DNA of 64,000 bases from Azolla caroliniana (GCA_043228905.1 JBHGNT010000001.1:23684001-23748000), one strand, 5' to 3'. Positions 1 through 12,137 are shown, numbered from the stretch's first letter. Program-made: numbers and translations. The notes: generated from the sequence alone by a model not told the origin.

Positions 1-299
1 CGAAATCTTGTCCGACAACCCACATCCTGTTTCATCGAGAATTTGATCAAATAAGAAGTTTTGTATACGACCGAAGAGTCCACAATGTGACTTCTCGATT
101 CGGGTGCATTGTATTATGTGACCCCTCATCGATCTCAATTCTGGCAATATTTGTCTTGGCATTCCAACTTAGTTCCAATAAGAAATTCTCAGCATTGCGA
201 CATAATTGGCATCGATACAATGGAGCTTAACTGTCACGAACACACCAACCATGGATTCAGACGGAGCACAGATGGGGTTATGAGCGATGAGCCACAAAC

Positions 300-582
300 T
301 TGGAACTAGAAATGACGAGGCTAGAAACTCGGGAAGTTGGGAGCAACGAGAAAAGGAACTTAAGACGCTAGGAATGACACGCTAGGAAAGAGATGAAAGA
401 TCAAGGAGACAAGATGGAGTGAAATGAGACTATTGGATTGATGTGTCAATGACTGACTGTTGTTGAATACCTTGAAAGGGACCAAGGAGGTTACAAGTAT
501 TTATACTATGAACTAAAGTACATGCATTAGAGTATTCTGGAGAATATTCTAGAACCCTCTAGAACCTTCTAGTTCTAGAACT
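300..582 (-). mobile_element. Degenerate LTR fragment (reverse orientation)
   Basis: TATTTATA (reverse TATA box) near 498-505 and repeated TTCTAGAA motifs typical of plant LTR U3 regions; cut off at 583 by another LTR start. Confidence 0.35.
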
Positions 583-995
583 TGTTGAGATATCAGTCCC
601 TTCGGATGGGGACCGGTCGAGCCGGATCGGAAGATCAGGAGGAGGGAGCTATAGATCGGATGGAACCGGAAGGAGTTTGGCCAGATCTGGTATGAACCGT
701 GAATAGAGACAAATTTGTAAATATGTTTCTTATGGGCCGTTGAGGCCACATTTCTAAATAGCCTGTAAGTTATATAACTATAAATATAACTAGGGAAAAT
801 GGTTATTGGTGCAGTTGTTATCAGAGAGTGTGAGTTAGTTAGCTTTGTACAGAGAGAGAGAGAGAACAGAAGGTAGTCATTCTGTTGTAATCGCATGTTG
901 GCGAAGACATAGAACTCTAGGTTGGTGCCTCTGAGTTCTCCATTTTGTATTCCTCTACTCTCATAGAGAGCAAAATTGGATCCGAAGTCCTGACC
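583..995 (+). mobile_element. LTR-like segment, probably copia-type
   Basis: Starts TGTTGAGATATC, matching the reverse-complemented end of the solo LTR at 14238-14662. Layout (GC-rich repeats, then TATA-rich, then GA-rich, then T-rich) resembles the LTR at 62860-63542. Confidence 0.45.
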
Positions 996-996
996 A

Positions 997-1190
997 TGCA
1001 TATTCCTTAGATACGGAGATTATGAGTTTGGCTACCGAGTGTGGGACTTGGTCGACAAGAAGGTCTTCTGAAGTCGAGATATAATCTTCATGGAAGAGAA
1101 GAGCATTGCCGATTGGGAGTTGGAGAAGAAGACAACGGATTCCGGGTTAAACGATAGAGATCGGTTGAAGGATATAAGGACCCATCTAGC
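997..1190 (+). pseudogene. Ty1/copia integrase C-terminal fragment (Tnt1/Tork-like)
   Basis: Translates as CIFLRYGDYEFGYRVWDLVDKKVF*SRDIIFMEE, the copia CIFxGY..GYRxWD..SRDVxF motif, with an in-frame stop. Confidence 0.8.
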
Positions 1191-1347
1191 CGGTGTCGTG
1201 AAAATACGATGAGGATACGTGAACTTGAGGCAAGACCCCGGGGCCTCCGACTAGAGGATATCACATTCGTGTGTTTATATTTTTAACAATTAACGGAAAT
1301 AAGAAATTTAATAATTTTCATTAACAAAGGAAAATAAGTTACATCAA

Positions 1348-2950
1348 ATGTCCGAACTTTGGCAATCTCATAGTGCTCTCGAGGCACGTGTCATTAGTTT
1401 ACAACATGATACTAATAGACCCGATGAGTGTCAGGGTGAACCATCATTTGTCGTAAAGCCATTTACAGGAGAAAAAAAGGAAAGAACAGAAGAAACAATC
1501 TGCACGTGGCTAGGCCGATGGGAGTCTCATTTTGAGCTTTATCCCAAGAACTAGGGGGTAAGGCCGCCACCTGGTGGCGTGGGGTCTGCACTTTCGGGAG
1601 ATTGCCCAATACCTGGACAAATTTGTCACAATTTTCAAGGGCCAATTTCTACAACCTCCATCTCGAACCTCTCTAGTATGTTCACCATGCTAGAACCCAA
1701 ATCCAAAAGTTGGGTCTAGAAGGGGACAATTGGTTGATAGCTTGTTTTGTCAATGGCATCCCCAATTCGGACTATCACTGGATAGTGCATGATAAGGATC
1801 CCAAATCCTTCGAAGAGGCCGTTGAAATAGTTATTCATTATCAACGCACTTCGAAGAAGGACCATAACAAACCCAACGAAGCGCCCGAGACTAAGTAGTC
1901 ACAATTCTTTGGGAAACACAAGACACCCAACGAATTCATCGATCACGATTGTAAGCGACAAAATCCTTTTTGCGTATTCTGCAAAAAGAAGGGTCATACA
2001 AAAGAGCAATGTCGAAAGCTCCAACGGAAAGAGCACGACAACAAAACAAAAGTTGTTGACCATAAAGGTTAGATTCTTGATGTCCTTGTGGTCTATACAC
2101 ATCATTTAAGTAATTGTCAATGTTCTTTCCCTCACTCACTATGTATTGGGACCCAATGATTTACTACGTGCAAACGAGTATATCAATGGATCTCCCATAC
2201 AATTTTTATTTGATTCGGGAAGCTCGCACAATTTTGTGAATGATCGTTTGGTTCATATATGGGGAATCCAACCCACCGTAAGTGATCACACCTATAGGGT
2301 GCACTTGGCTGATGGAAGAGTACAATACATCAACGGGGTGATTCATTCATTAGGAATTTCTATTGATACTTATATGGAGGAAGTAGACTTCCATGTAATG
2401 AACCTTTGTACCATTGATGTAATACTGGGTTATCCCTGGTTTTATAATAAAAACTCTTCTTTGTCTATTGATTGGGTTCGCCATTCCATTTCCTTTGCAC
2501 TGAACGATTGTACTCATTTTATTCAATGTGCATATAAACAATCTCTTTCGATTGTTTCCTCTTCATCAATATCCGAGTTGTCTTGTTCTTCTTTATTTTA
2601 TTGTGTACTTGATCCGAACATTCACGTTTATAATATCGATATTGTTTCAGGTCAATTATCATATTTTGAACAACAACAACTCGATGAAATCTTAAACATA
2701 ATATAGACCACCGTATAGATATTGTACCTGGTGTTGCACTAATAAGTATACCTCCTTATCACTTAAGTTGATCGGAAGAGGATCAAGAATTCATATCCAT
2801 TGCCTCAGGCTGACGATCTAATTGACTGTCTCCGAGGAGCTCGGTATTTTACGAAACTTGATCTCTGTACGGGCTACCATCAAGTTCGTATAAGTGAGGA
2901 AGATGTTCCTAAAATGGCATTTCGTACGTGCTATGGCCATTATGAGTGGC
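1348..2950 (+). mobile_element. Degenerate Ty3/gypsy gag-protease-RT remnant
   Basis: gag-like PFTGEK..ICTWLGRWESHFEL at 1348-1554; aspartic protease LFDSGSSHNF..DVILGYPWF at 2146-2706; RT segment YPLPQADDLIDCLRGARYFTKLDLCTGYHQVRI..AFRTCYGHYEW at about 2795-2950; stops, frameshifts and deletions. Confidence 0.85.
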
Positions 2951-3340
2951 TATAAACATGAAGCCTAGCTACCCTCATTTGACATATTATCGACTACATC
3001 GAGACTCTAACATTGTGGTGGGTCAATTCTTTTAGCGCGCACGCCAACACCAGGTACGACTCGACGTCACGACGATGGTATGGGACGCTGATTGAGGCTC
3101 GAGTCCGTCTCGATCCCTTTGCTCGGGGGTGGTCAGGTGGATCATCACCCTTCTTTCTCTCTCTCCTTTCTTATTTATCTATCTTTTATCCTTATCATAT
3201 GTTTACATTAGTAGCTAAGCTCTAACAAAGAGTCGACACGATTAGGGTGAGTAGAGTTAGCAACTCAAGGGTGGATGATTTGACAACCACCCTTGCCCGA
3301 CTCACCATCAATATGGTATACAATAGTCGAAACCCATCAA

Positions 3341-3579
3341 TTAACGATATTGGAGTGGAGACACAATTCCACTAACACCACTCCCTTCTTGTTTTGTGTT
3401 TACCTCCATCTTTGCTTCCAAATTCTCTTCAACATTGATGATTACACATTAGGATCCAGTTAATGATATTGGAGTGGAGACACAATTCCATTAACACCAC
3501 TCCCTTCTTCTTTTGAGTTTACCTCCATCTTTGTTTCCAAATTCTCTTCAACATTGATGATTACACATTAGGATCCAGT
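3341..3579 (+). repeat. Tandem duplication, about 119-bp unit x2
   Basis: TTAAYGATATTGGAGTGGAGACACAATTCCA...CACATTAGGATCCAGT occurs at 3341 and 3460 with few mismatches. Confidence 0.9.
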
Positions 3580-4251
3580 GCACTGTCTTAATGATTTCTT
3601 CCATTTCTAGTTTCAACATACATTAGCTTGGTCGATTCATTTCAGTTGATGCAACCAATTTCTCGTAACTTGTTTGTGCTTGATCTTCTCTATTAGTTTT
3701 TGTTACTTCTGGATAGGTCGTGGAAGGTTGGCTATTAATATGTACCAGAACCCTCAAATTGATTTGTCTCACTTGATAAGATACTTATTTATGTATTGAT
3801 GACATATTCTTCTCACTTCTTCCTAATCCTTGATTAGCCCATTCACCCCATTGTCCTCTTCTAGTTGAATGAGAAGTTGCATTCCTTTCATCTTGAGAAA
3901 TAGACTTTCAAAACAAGAGCACCTTTTCAACCCCACCAATGTTTGACCTTGTGTCGAGAGTTCCATGACATGATGCCCAAAATCTAGGATTACCAAGGGG
4001 GGTGAGTGTACAAAGGGTGAAAAGGATCCTTCTTAACTATGATGCCAAGGTTCTCTGTCACAAAGTTGCATGCTTAGCATCATACTCTCGCTCCCCGACA
4101 TTGAGTTGTAGTTAGAGCACAAGTTGTGGTGTCATTGGGGAACTAGCCCATCTACTACTTATTCTTCTCTGTGTTGCTACTTGACAAGCAGTTTATGGGC
4201 TTTGCTTCTTCATGGAAATTTCAACGAAGCAAATATTTGTGTAACCTCCAT

Positions 4252-4404
4252 TAGGAGTTGGCAATGGGTCAACTCGGTTTTGGCATGAGCTTCCTTGACT
4301 GGTTTGGCTTGGTTCAGTTCGGCCTAACCCATGCCAAACCAGGCCCCAAACTTGTTTAGGATTAACTGGTTTGGTTCAATTGAGTTCAAGTCTAGGCTTA
4401 ACCG
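4252..4404 (+). mobile_element. Decayed hAT terminal fragment related to the 23326-24784 element
   Basis: Starts TAGGAGTTGGCAATGG versus TAGGAATCGGCAACGG of the intact TIR, followed by GGTTT/AAACC-type subterminal motifs. Confidence 0.55.
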
Positions 4405-4710
4405 ATGTGCACGGCATCATTTTTGCGGATGGCCAAAGTGTGGACGATTGATCAATGATTTAAAGGAGACCAATCTATTATATGTGAAGCCTCATATGCC
4501 GGAGAGATGCTACATTACAGGCTACCACATAAGGTTGGTTGCCCTTTAATTTGTGTGCCGTGGCGAGGCGAACCACACAACTTGAATAAATGGGTGATGA
4601 CATTAGGATTGATTAACCAGCCACAACTCTCTAAAATACAAAGTAAAAGAGTTTGTGAAAGACAGACAGAACACAAAGGAAGGAGAGAAAGAGAAAGAGA
4701 AAGAGAGCTG

Positions 4711-7011
4711 ATGATTATGATGATGGCCTTATCAAGCTTATGTCCATCCCCTGCTTCTCCCCTGTTTCTCAATTCTCCTCATCTTATTCACAGAAAGAGA
4801 TGCTCAGTAATCTTCTCCATAGACCCCCCCCCATCTGTGACGCTGCCCTTCTTCACCATTCCTTGCCTCCTGAGAAACAAGGCTCTCCTGTGTAGAGCTG
4901 GGGAGCGTGTTGAGCCCCTTGACCTTACCGAGGAAAATGTGGAGAGAGTCCTCTTGGATGCTCGCAGCGAGGTATGTGTTTCATTCATTCTTCACCTGTA
5001 TCAATCATGTCATATGAGCATTCCTTTTCATTGATGTCAAATGAGCACTCAATGATGCTGCTATGCATGCATCTGATGATGCCATATATGGGCATCCTGC
5101 TTCTTCATATCATCACCATCACCACCACCATCAATTGATGTTTTAGGAGTATTTCATGATGTCACATGAAAATTCAGGTATGGCATGTGAGCATTCAGAG
5201 ATGTTCACATCTGTGCCTTCTCATTTGAACATATCCTATGATATCCTGTGGATGCCTAGTTATGTCATACAGTCATTCAGTTATGTCATATCAGCATATC
5301 AACTCAATAATGTCATATGAGCATTCGACACTGCGAGAGATTTTGACTAAAGGAGAACATCTCTCCTCTCTATCTCTTCATTTTTTTGCAGCTTCTTCAG
5401 ATATTTGATCTATCTGTGGGGATCACAGGTATGTTAGTTTCTTTCATTTTTGCCATTCCCTGTTAACAAAATTTTAGTCTTAATCATGAATATTAGCATA
5501 AATGAAGATGGATCCTACCATAGAGTCTTTTATAGACAGATAAACATATTTTTCACATCCATAAGAGACTGAATACGACTTGTGTAATGGGGCCGACACC
5601 AACTTTCGAGGCTCGAGTTTTGCTTCTCTCAATTTTCTCAGTGTGATGCTACCTTGTAAATCACCATGCCAACAGACATACAGAGAAGACAGATAGATAT
5701 ATTTTATTATCAATCCTTTGAAGGTATATGACCAATGGAAAAACTGAGGTTTTGATGAGATTTGGAACTCAGGTAACTGGATTCAAAGTTCAATATCCTA
5801 ATCACTAGTCCTCGATCATGTCCATATAAAGATTTGGAAGCTCCGTTTTCTACTTCAAATTTCACCATAGCTAGATGCTGCTAAAGAATATAGGGGGTTG
5901 AACCTGTAATGGGCTTCATGGTCTTTGCTTGACAAACTTATCAATTGAGCTACAACAGTCTGGGCCAGTCGACTGTGTTTGTGTTATCTAGATGCACTTT
6001 TAATGAATGTTACAATTTGTAGGCATCCATTTCATAAATTAAATATGTTTTGTTCTTCTTGCAATGTTCCCCTATGGTGTATATGTTTGTGTAGGTGTGG
6101 CAGAGCTTGCTGACATGGATGGACCATTTCTAAAGCTTCGTCTAAAAGGCCGGTTCTGGCATGAAAGGTCTCTTGTACTCGCACGGTTGGGAAATTATCT
6201 GCAAAAGCGCATACCGGTACATCCTCCCGCTGTTGTTATATTACATCTTGTTGCTATATATCTTCTTTTATGGAAAATCATATCAAAGCACTCCTAACTT
6301 GTTGGTTATTTATTACCATACTCCTATGATAGTGTCCCTTCTATACTTAACACAAAGTTTACTACTATTTAGTGTATTTCTAGTCATTTACGAAAATCAT
6401 ACAGATATTCTCATAAAATACCCAACAAGTTAGGTATATTTCGGCAGTTTCATTTAGGGATAATGGTCAAAATGCCAACCTAGTTTACCGTAATTCCCAA
6501 AATGCTATTCGTAACCTTGTCAGTTCATAACTGATATTTAAACCTTGATTAGTAATAACTCTGGAAGATTATCATGTATTAACACACGATCAAAGCCTAA
6601 GTACTAATTTATTAAGACCAAAAGAAAAAAGTTCCTGATTATCATATCATTAATTGATGTAATTAGTAAAGGTAATTAATTAGTTTCCAATCACCAGCTA
6701 ATCATCCTATGTGGCACAGTAAATAAAAGAAATCTTAATCAAGGAATCGAAAGTAATTTATATAAGAGAAAGAAAGAAATGTTAAGCATGATGGCAGCAA
6801 GCATAGCATAATCTCAAAACTCTCTAAGACTGAATAGCATTTTCAGGAACTACAGTAAACTAGGTTGGGATTCTGATAATTTACCTGTTTTCTTTAAACT
6901 GGATTATGTTATGATTGATTGCCGTCAATTCTTCTTTAGGAGATTGTGGAAGTGGGTATTGAAGATGACTCACAACTTGATGATAGCTCAACAAACTTCG
7001 GTCATGATTGA
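4711..7011 (+). CDS. Plastid-targeted NifU/NFU C-terminal-like domain protein (no CxxC), about 163 aa
   Basis: Exons 4711-4971, 5392-5428, 6095-6216, 6940-7011, all GT-AG and phase-consistent. Spliced core LDLTEENVERVLLDARSELLQIFDLSVGITGVAELADMDGPFLKLRLKGRFWHERSLVLARLGNYLQKRIPEIVEVGIED resembles the NFU domain (LTxENVE..L, DGPxVxLxLxG, LxxxIPEI..V). Ser/Pro-rich N-terminus resembles a transit peptide. Confidence 0.85.
6457..6886. mobile_element. Mutator-like MITE in intron 3 of the NFU-like gene
   Basis: About 55-bp imperfect TIRs (CCAACCTAGTTTAC..AAAATGCTATTC near the left end and its reverse complement near the right end); imperfect 10-bp flanking duplication GTTTCATTTA/GTTTTCTTTA. Confidence 0.7.
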
Positions 7012-7179
7012 ATTGAAACAAAACAAAAAACTTATGATGAATTGAGCATTTTAATGATGTTTGATAAATTGATTTTCGCCGAGTCATAGCATAACACTGA
7101 GATTGTATGGTCCCCTCATCCCACCCCCCAACCTTTTCTATGGATATCAATATATCGCCAATGTTAATTGTCATTTACC

Positions 7180-7274
7180 AATTTCATACACACTACATTC
7201 AAATGTTTGTCTTGTCTTTGTTCCATAGATCATATCTGACCTCCGAGGATGAGGATATAATATACCTATCTACC
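7180..7274 (+). mobile_element. Short 3'-tail fragment of an RTE-like LINE
   Basis: TCATATCTGACCTCCGAGGATGAGGATATAATATACCTATCTAC resembles the tail of the LINE fragment ending near 62294. Confidence 0.5.
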
Positions 7275-8543
7275 TGTGTATTGTTTAAATATACGAGTAT
7301 GCAAAGTATGACGATGATCATGTTTCCTTGGTCTCATACAACTTTATGTGATTTTCATTGGTAGGCTTTGGATGGTTTTCTATAAAAATGTGTTCAAATT
7401 TGTTCAAAATGAGACCCAAACTTTCCCTATGGCTATAAAAATTCTTGATGAATTTATTTCCATTATCTTGAAAACAAATCTGGTTTTATTTTCTATGACC
7501 ATTGGCTAGTCTTTCTTCTGTTTTGTGAGATAAATAGCTGCTCAAAGGCAGGCAATGTATCTCTTCTTTAGAATTTAAGGCTGTAGAGGTGCTCTTTCAA
7601 GTGTGTCAAGGGCAGTAATAGAAGTTGAATTGTGAGCAGCAGTTCGATTCACAAATCTATAGGACATTTTGGCGTGGACACATTGGAGAACTGAACCTAT
7701 ACAACGAATGGTAAAGAGTAATTGTATTCAAATTTGCACAACAAATATGTATGGGGATCTAACTAATGTATCATGTATGCATTAAATGTAACTTTATTTT
7801 CCTTAATAAAAACCATTATTATTAACTCCATCTAACCAATGCCCCATCCTTAGTAGAGTAATGATTTGAAAATAATGGTTTTATATATTAATAATCCCAA
7901 GTATTTTAACAAACGTCATCTTCAGCAATAGAAATTATGCATTAATTGTTTGAATCTCCTAATTGTAACATGCAGCTAATATTCACAATGACCATGGATT
8001 GATTAACCTAAAGCTTAGATTGAGAAATCTAGAGAATTTCAGTTTTAATCAAGAAAATCATTATTTACAAGGTGTTTCTTACAATTCCATGCATTGAAAT
8101 AACAAATGTAGAACAGGAACTTTGTGATGATAAAAAAAAATGAAAACTCTTTCAATTGTGCTAAAATACATTAACCACTCCAAAATGAAAAAGAAATTGG
8201 AAATCTGTTGCATGGGCCCTTACAAACGAAAATGTCTCTCATTATATACATTCCTCTTAACCTCAAGATAACAAAAATGAATCAGATTATCACAAAAATA
8301 AAGAATCATATATCATGAGCAAAAACTTGGCTCACCATCACCTCTATATCATGTATAAATAATACTGTCAAAATTTCTATCCTGTATGTATTGAATGATG
8401 ACTTAAAAAAATTTCACGTCAATCCCAACATGGGATGCAAAATCCTTGGAGGATAAACAAGAGATAAAACGTACTATATGCAGCATCTCATCCACACCTT
8501 TGTAGAGGGGTACAATACTAATACTTTTTTCATTTTACTGAGT

Positions 8544-10673
8544 TTATGTCAACGAATTCAAATCAAGAATCAACCCACCACCACCATTATTAGAGCTACT
8601 ATGCGGGGCAAGCAAATTCATGCTAACATTTATGTCTTCATTCCAACTATCCAATAAATCCTCTACAATCCCTTCTTGATCTGGAGAAACCGAGTTCAGA
8701 CATGCACTTTCAACTTCTTGCCCTTCAACATCATGTGCTTGGAAGCCAGGAGGAGCACGATATGATGATGACACCCTTTCACGATACAATGATGATGATG
8801 ACCCTTGCACAGTAGCATGGGGAACAAAAGGGTAGGTTTTCCCTAGGAGAAAGGAAGGGAGACCACTACTAGAAGGCTCTTGAAAGCTTCCATTAGGCTT
8901 CATACCCGGACCATAATCATGTATTTCAAAGCCATTATTTACTAGTCCATGCATTTGGATCCCGGATGGACGAGGAGCTTGGTATGATGAACCCCCTTGC
9001 ATAGGACTTGTAGTCGGGACAATATTTTTGTAGGGATGTTGCCCTTGGAGAATAGGTGTAGGGAGAACACGAGATACAAGATTCGAACCCGAACCTGACT
9101 CTTGCACTTCAATGCTATTCTCTGTTTCATGCATTTGGATGCTAGGCATAGGAGCACGATACGATGTTCCTTGTATTTTACTAGGAACAACACTGTTATA
9201 GGGTTGCCCTTGGATAATGGGAGTTGAGTGTCCATGAGATATAGGGTTAGAAACTGGAACCAATTTCTGTTGATCAAATCCATTCTCTACTTCATGCATT
9301 TGGAAGCTAAACATAGAAGGGGCTCGGTACGATCCTCCACCTTGCATAGTGTTAGTCGTCGTAGTAGTAGTAGCAGCAGCAGCAGTACTAGGTACAACAT
9401 TGGCATAGAGATGTTGTGCTTGGACAATTGGTGGTCTGGGTGGGCATTCTTGGATGGCTCCAATAAGGTTCAAACCTGAATCTTGCATGGTGGTGCAAAC
9501 AGTTGATTGTGATTCACCACTTTGCATACACAGTCCCCCGGCCCCCATCCCCATCCCAGGCATGTGAGTATGCTCTTGCATCAATAGTGCTTGTTGGCGG
9601 TGATGTTCTATGGTTCGAACCCTTTCCGCAGCAACAGCTAATTCTTTCTGCTGCACCTCTTCCCTTGCTCTCCTTAAATTCTCCACCTCTTCCTTCACAT
9701 CTATCATCTTTCGCCTCTCATCTTGGAGAAGCAAGTGTTCTACCATTATGCTCTCTTCGACCCTAGCCTCACCTTTGGTTCTATTCTTCAAGAAGCAGTT
9801 GAATGCGTCAAGTTGTGCATGGAAAGCAGATTGATGTTCCTTGATCTTGGTAGACAAAGCTTCGTTCCAATATCGAGAATAGCTAAGCACTCTCCCAGTG
9901 CTATCGACAACAATGTCCTTGACATCATCAGAGTCATCATCTGCAAGGACATGGAAGGCCAACAGCCTGCCAACCAAAGGGGGGGAGGGATGATAAGAAC
10001 CCAAGATAGATGGGAAACAACTCAAAACAGAAGAAAAGCCAATGTATGCCGACACTGCATACAATGGAGGGGATAAATGCCCAGCAAAGAGGAAGAGAAT
10101 GTAGAAACCCACCCATATAAAACATGCATTACAGAGGGACAAAAAAAAAACCCATTTTGAGGGAGAAACAGCAAATAGGAAAACCCAATACAGAGGGATG
10201 AAAAAACAACATAGGGAAGGAGAAACCCCCAATACAAAACGCAATAGAGAGGTATAAAAACACTAGCATGGAGGGAAAGTAAAACCCATTATAGAGGGAG
10301 AAAACACGATATAATTTAAGAAATGGAGACCAGAGTGGAGGGAGAAAATCCCTCTTTTTGGGTGGAGAAAATACCCAATATAGAGGAGGAACTCCATATT
10401 GAGGGAGAAGAAAACCCAACATAATAAGAGTGATAAGAGAAAACAAAAAACCCAATATGGAGGGATAAAAACCCTAGAAAACGAAGCGAGTGTGATGTAT
10501 AAAAGGAAGGATGGATGGAATGACCTGTGGCATGCATCTTCAAAGGATGAAAACGGTCGCTCTATTTCTGGATTAAAAGCTCTGAGTGCGTCGTGGCGAG
10601 CTAGCTCTGCATCAATAGGAAACCTAATCCCACCGCCTTCAACACCTCCATTCTTGTTGCTGTTGCTCATCAT
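8544..10673 (-). CDS. GLTSCR1-domain protein (BRIP1/BRIP2-like SWI/SNF subunit) with repetitive C-terminal extension, about 523 aa
   Basis: Exon 1 10673-10525 and exon 2 9966-8544 (GT-AG, split Arg codon). Spliced ELARHDALRAFNPEIERPFSSFEDACHRLLAFHVLAD..W..KIKE..F..Q..AFN..R..GE..EE..MVEH.LLQDER matches the plant GLTSCR1 motif PD.KRPFSSLEDACERLLPYHV. Confidence 0.85.
10020..10500. repeat. Degenerate minisatellite (about 30-37-bp unit) filling the intron of the GLTSCR1 gene
   Basis: Roughly a dozen recurrences of AAACCCAATA(T/C)AGAGGGA(G/T)AAAA variants. Confidence 0.7.
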
Positions 10674-11529
10674 TCATTATGTATGTATATGGAAAGGCAA
10701 TAAGAGCTTTTTTTCCTTTGAATTCCAAAAGAGAGAGAGAGGGAGAGAGAGAGAGAGAGAACACATCAAAATGCCCCTCTTGTTTTATGTATTTACCAAA
10801 ATGCCCCTACCCCATCTAGGGTATCCACCTCTCTTGTTACCACATTACTACCCTTTTCTCTCCCGTCATCGCCTTCACATGAAAGTGAAGTGCGGAGAAA
10901 TGCTCTTCTTCATGTAGTGTCATCGCCTTGTGTAAGAACACAAAGTATTTGCTGATAGCCCCCTCCATTGGTCATTCAGTCTCAATTGCATGATTCGAGC
11001 TTCGTCCGTATCTTGTGACCTGATTCTTCTTGGTTCGCGGCCACGTACCTTGGATCAGGTTCAGGCCCTAAATATGTCTGATTGGGTTATCGCAATAACC
11101 CTTACACACATTGGGATAGTGTGTCTTGAGATGATTTTAAGAGCTAGGGGGAGCTAGTTTGAAGAAGATGATGCCACATTCGATGTTAATTTCTGAGGAA
11201 GGATTATGCATGTGGAGATAAAGTCGATGGGATACTTAACAACATCATGTCGTTCAAGTTAACTTCATGCACTCTAAAGTTGATTGGACTATATAGATAT
11301 TGCCATGGAAATCCTTTCTCTAGGCAAAGGGGCTAAGAAGCTATAAGGAGTTAGAGAGTGGAGACTAAACAAAGGTAATGCCAGGTCAGTCAAAGGCAAG
11401 TCCTAAGTTTGAGTAAAGAAAATTAGTGTATCAAGCATAGAAGAGCAAATAGGTTGATCACCTTATAAATCCTCTATGTTACCTGTGTGTACTTCTTTCT
11501 AGTTCTACAATTCTATGTTTTAATGACTT

Positions 11530-12137
11530 GAAACAAAAAGGAATGGTAGAAGACGTTACATGGAATAGGAGGAGAAAGAACAAATCAATAAATGCTCAAA
11601 GTTTTTTGAAAATCTATCCTTCATGTTTTTAACTTGGAAGATTTGATAAACTTGATACCTGGCCTTGATCGCCCGTGTTCATAATTTACTTACAGTCTAC
11701 ATATGGGCATACTTCTAAAAACAAAGTCATTATAAATTGAATTTTTAAGAGGAGTTTTTTTGAACAAAGTATCTTTAGGGTTTGTGCACACACACATATA
11801 AAAACAAAGTCATTATAAATTGAATTTTCAACAGGATTTTTCTTGAACAAAGTATCTTTAGGGTTTGTGCACACACACATATAAAAACAAAGTCATTATA
11901 AATTGAATTTTCAACAGGATTTTTCTTGAACAAAGTATCTTTAGGGTTTGTGCACCCACACATATAAAAACAAAGTCATTATAAATTGAATTTTCAACAG
12001 GATTTTTCTTGAACAAAGTATCTTTAGGGTTTCTCCACCCACACATATGAGAAGAATAAGTATAAACCATTACGCGGATATTTGAAAAAGGAAAATTTGG
12101 GAAATAGGGATTTCGAATTTTCACTTTGATACATTAC
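11530..12137 (-). mobile_element. Dispersed repeat (Helitron-like, copy 1) with internal 83-bp tandem array
   Basis: Colinear with 26000-26366 (ATGGAATAGGAGGAGAAAGAACAAATCAATAAATGCTC...AAATAGGGATT..AATTTTCACTT.GATACATTAC). Confidence 0.6.
11717..12048. repeat. 83-bp tandem repeat x4
   Basis: Units start at 11717, 11800, 11883 and 11966 (AAAAACAAAGTCATTATAAATTGAATTTT...TTTAGGGTTTGTGCAC.CACACATAT). Confidence 0.95.

Noticed and set aside
596-605. GTCCCTTCGG matching the U6 5' end
   Set aside because: Only 10 bp within an LTR-like segment, with no further similarity.
9967-10244. Hydrophobic N-terminus of the 566-aa ORF as a transmembrane region
   Set aside because: It is intronic T-rich repeat; the GLTSCR1 motif is completed only by splicing to exon 1.
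11717-12048. 83-bp array as a CRISPR array
   Set aside because: Units are contiguous with no unique spacers, the context is eukaryotic and there are no cas genes.
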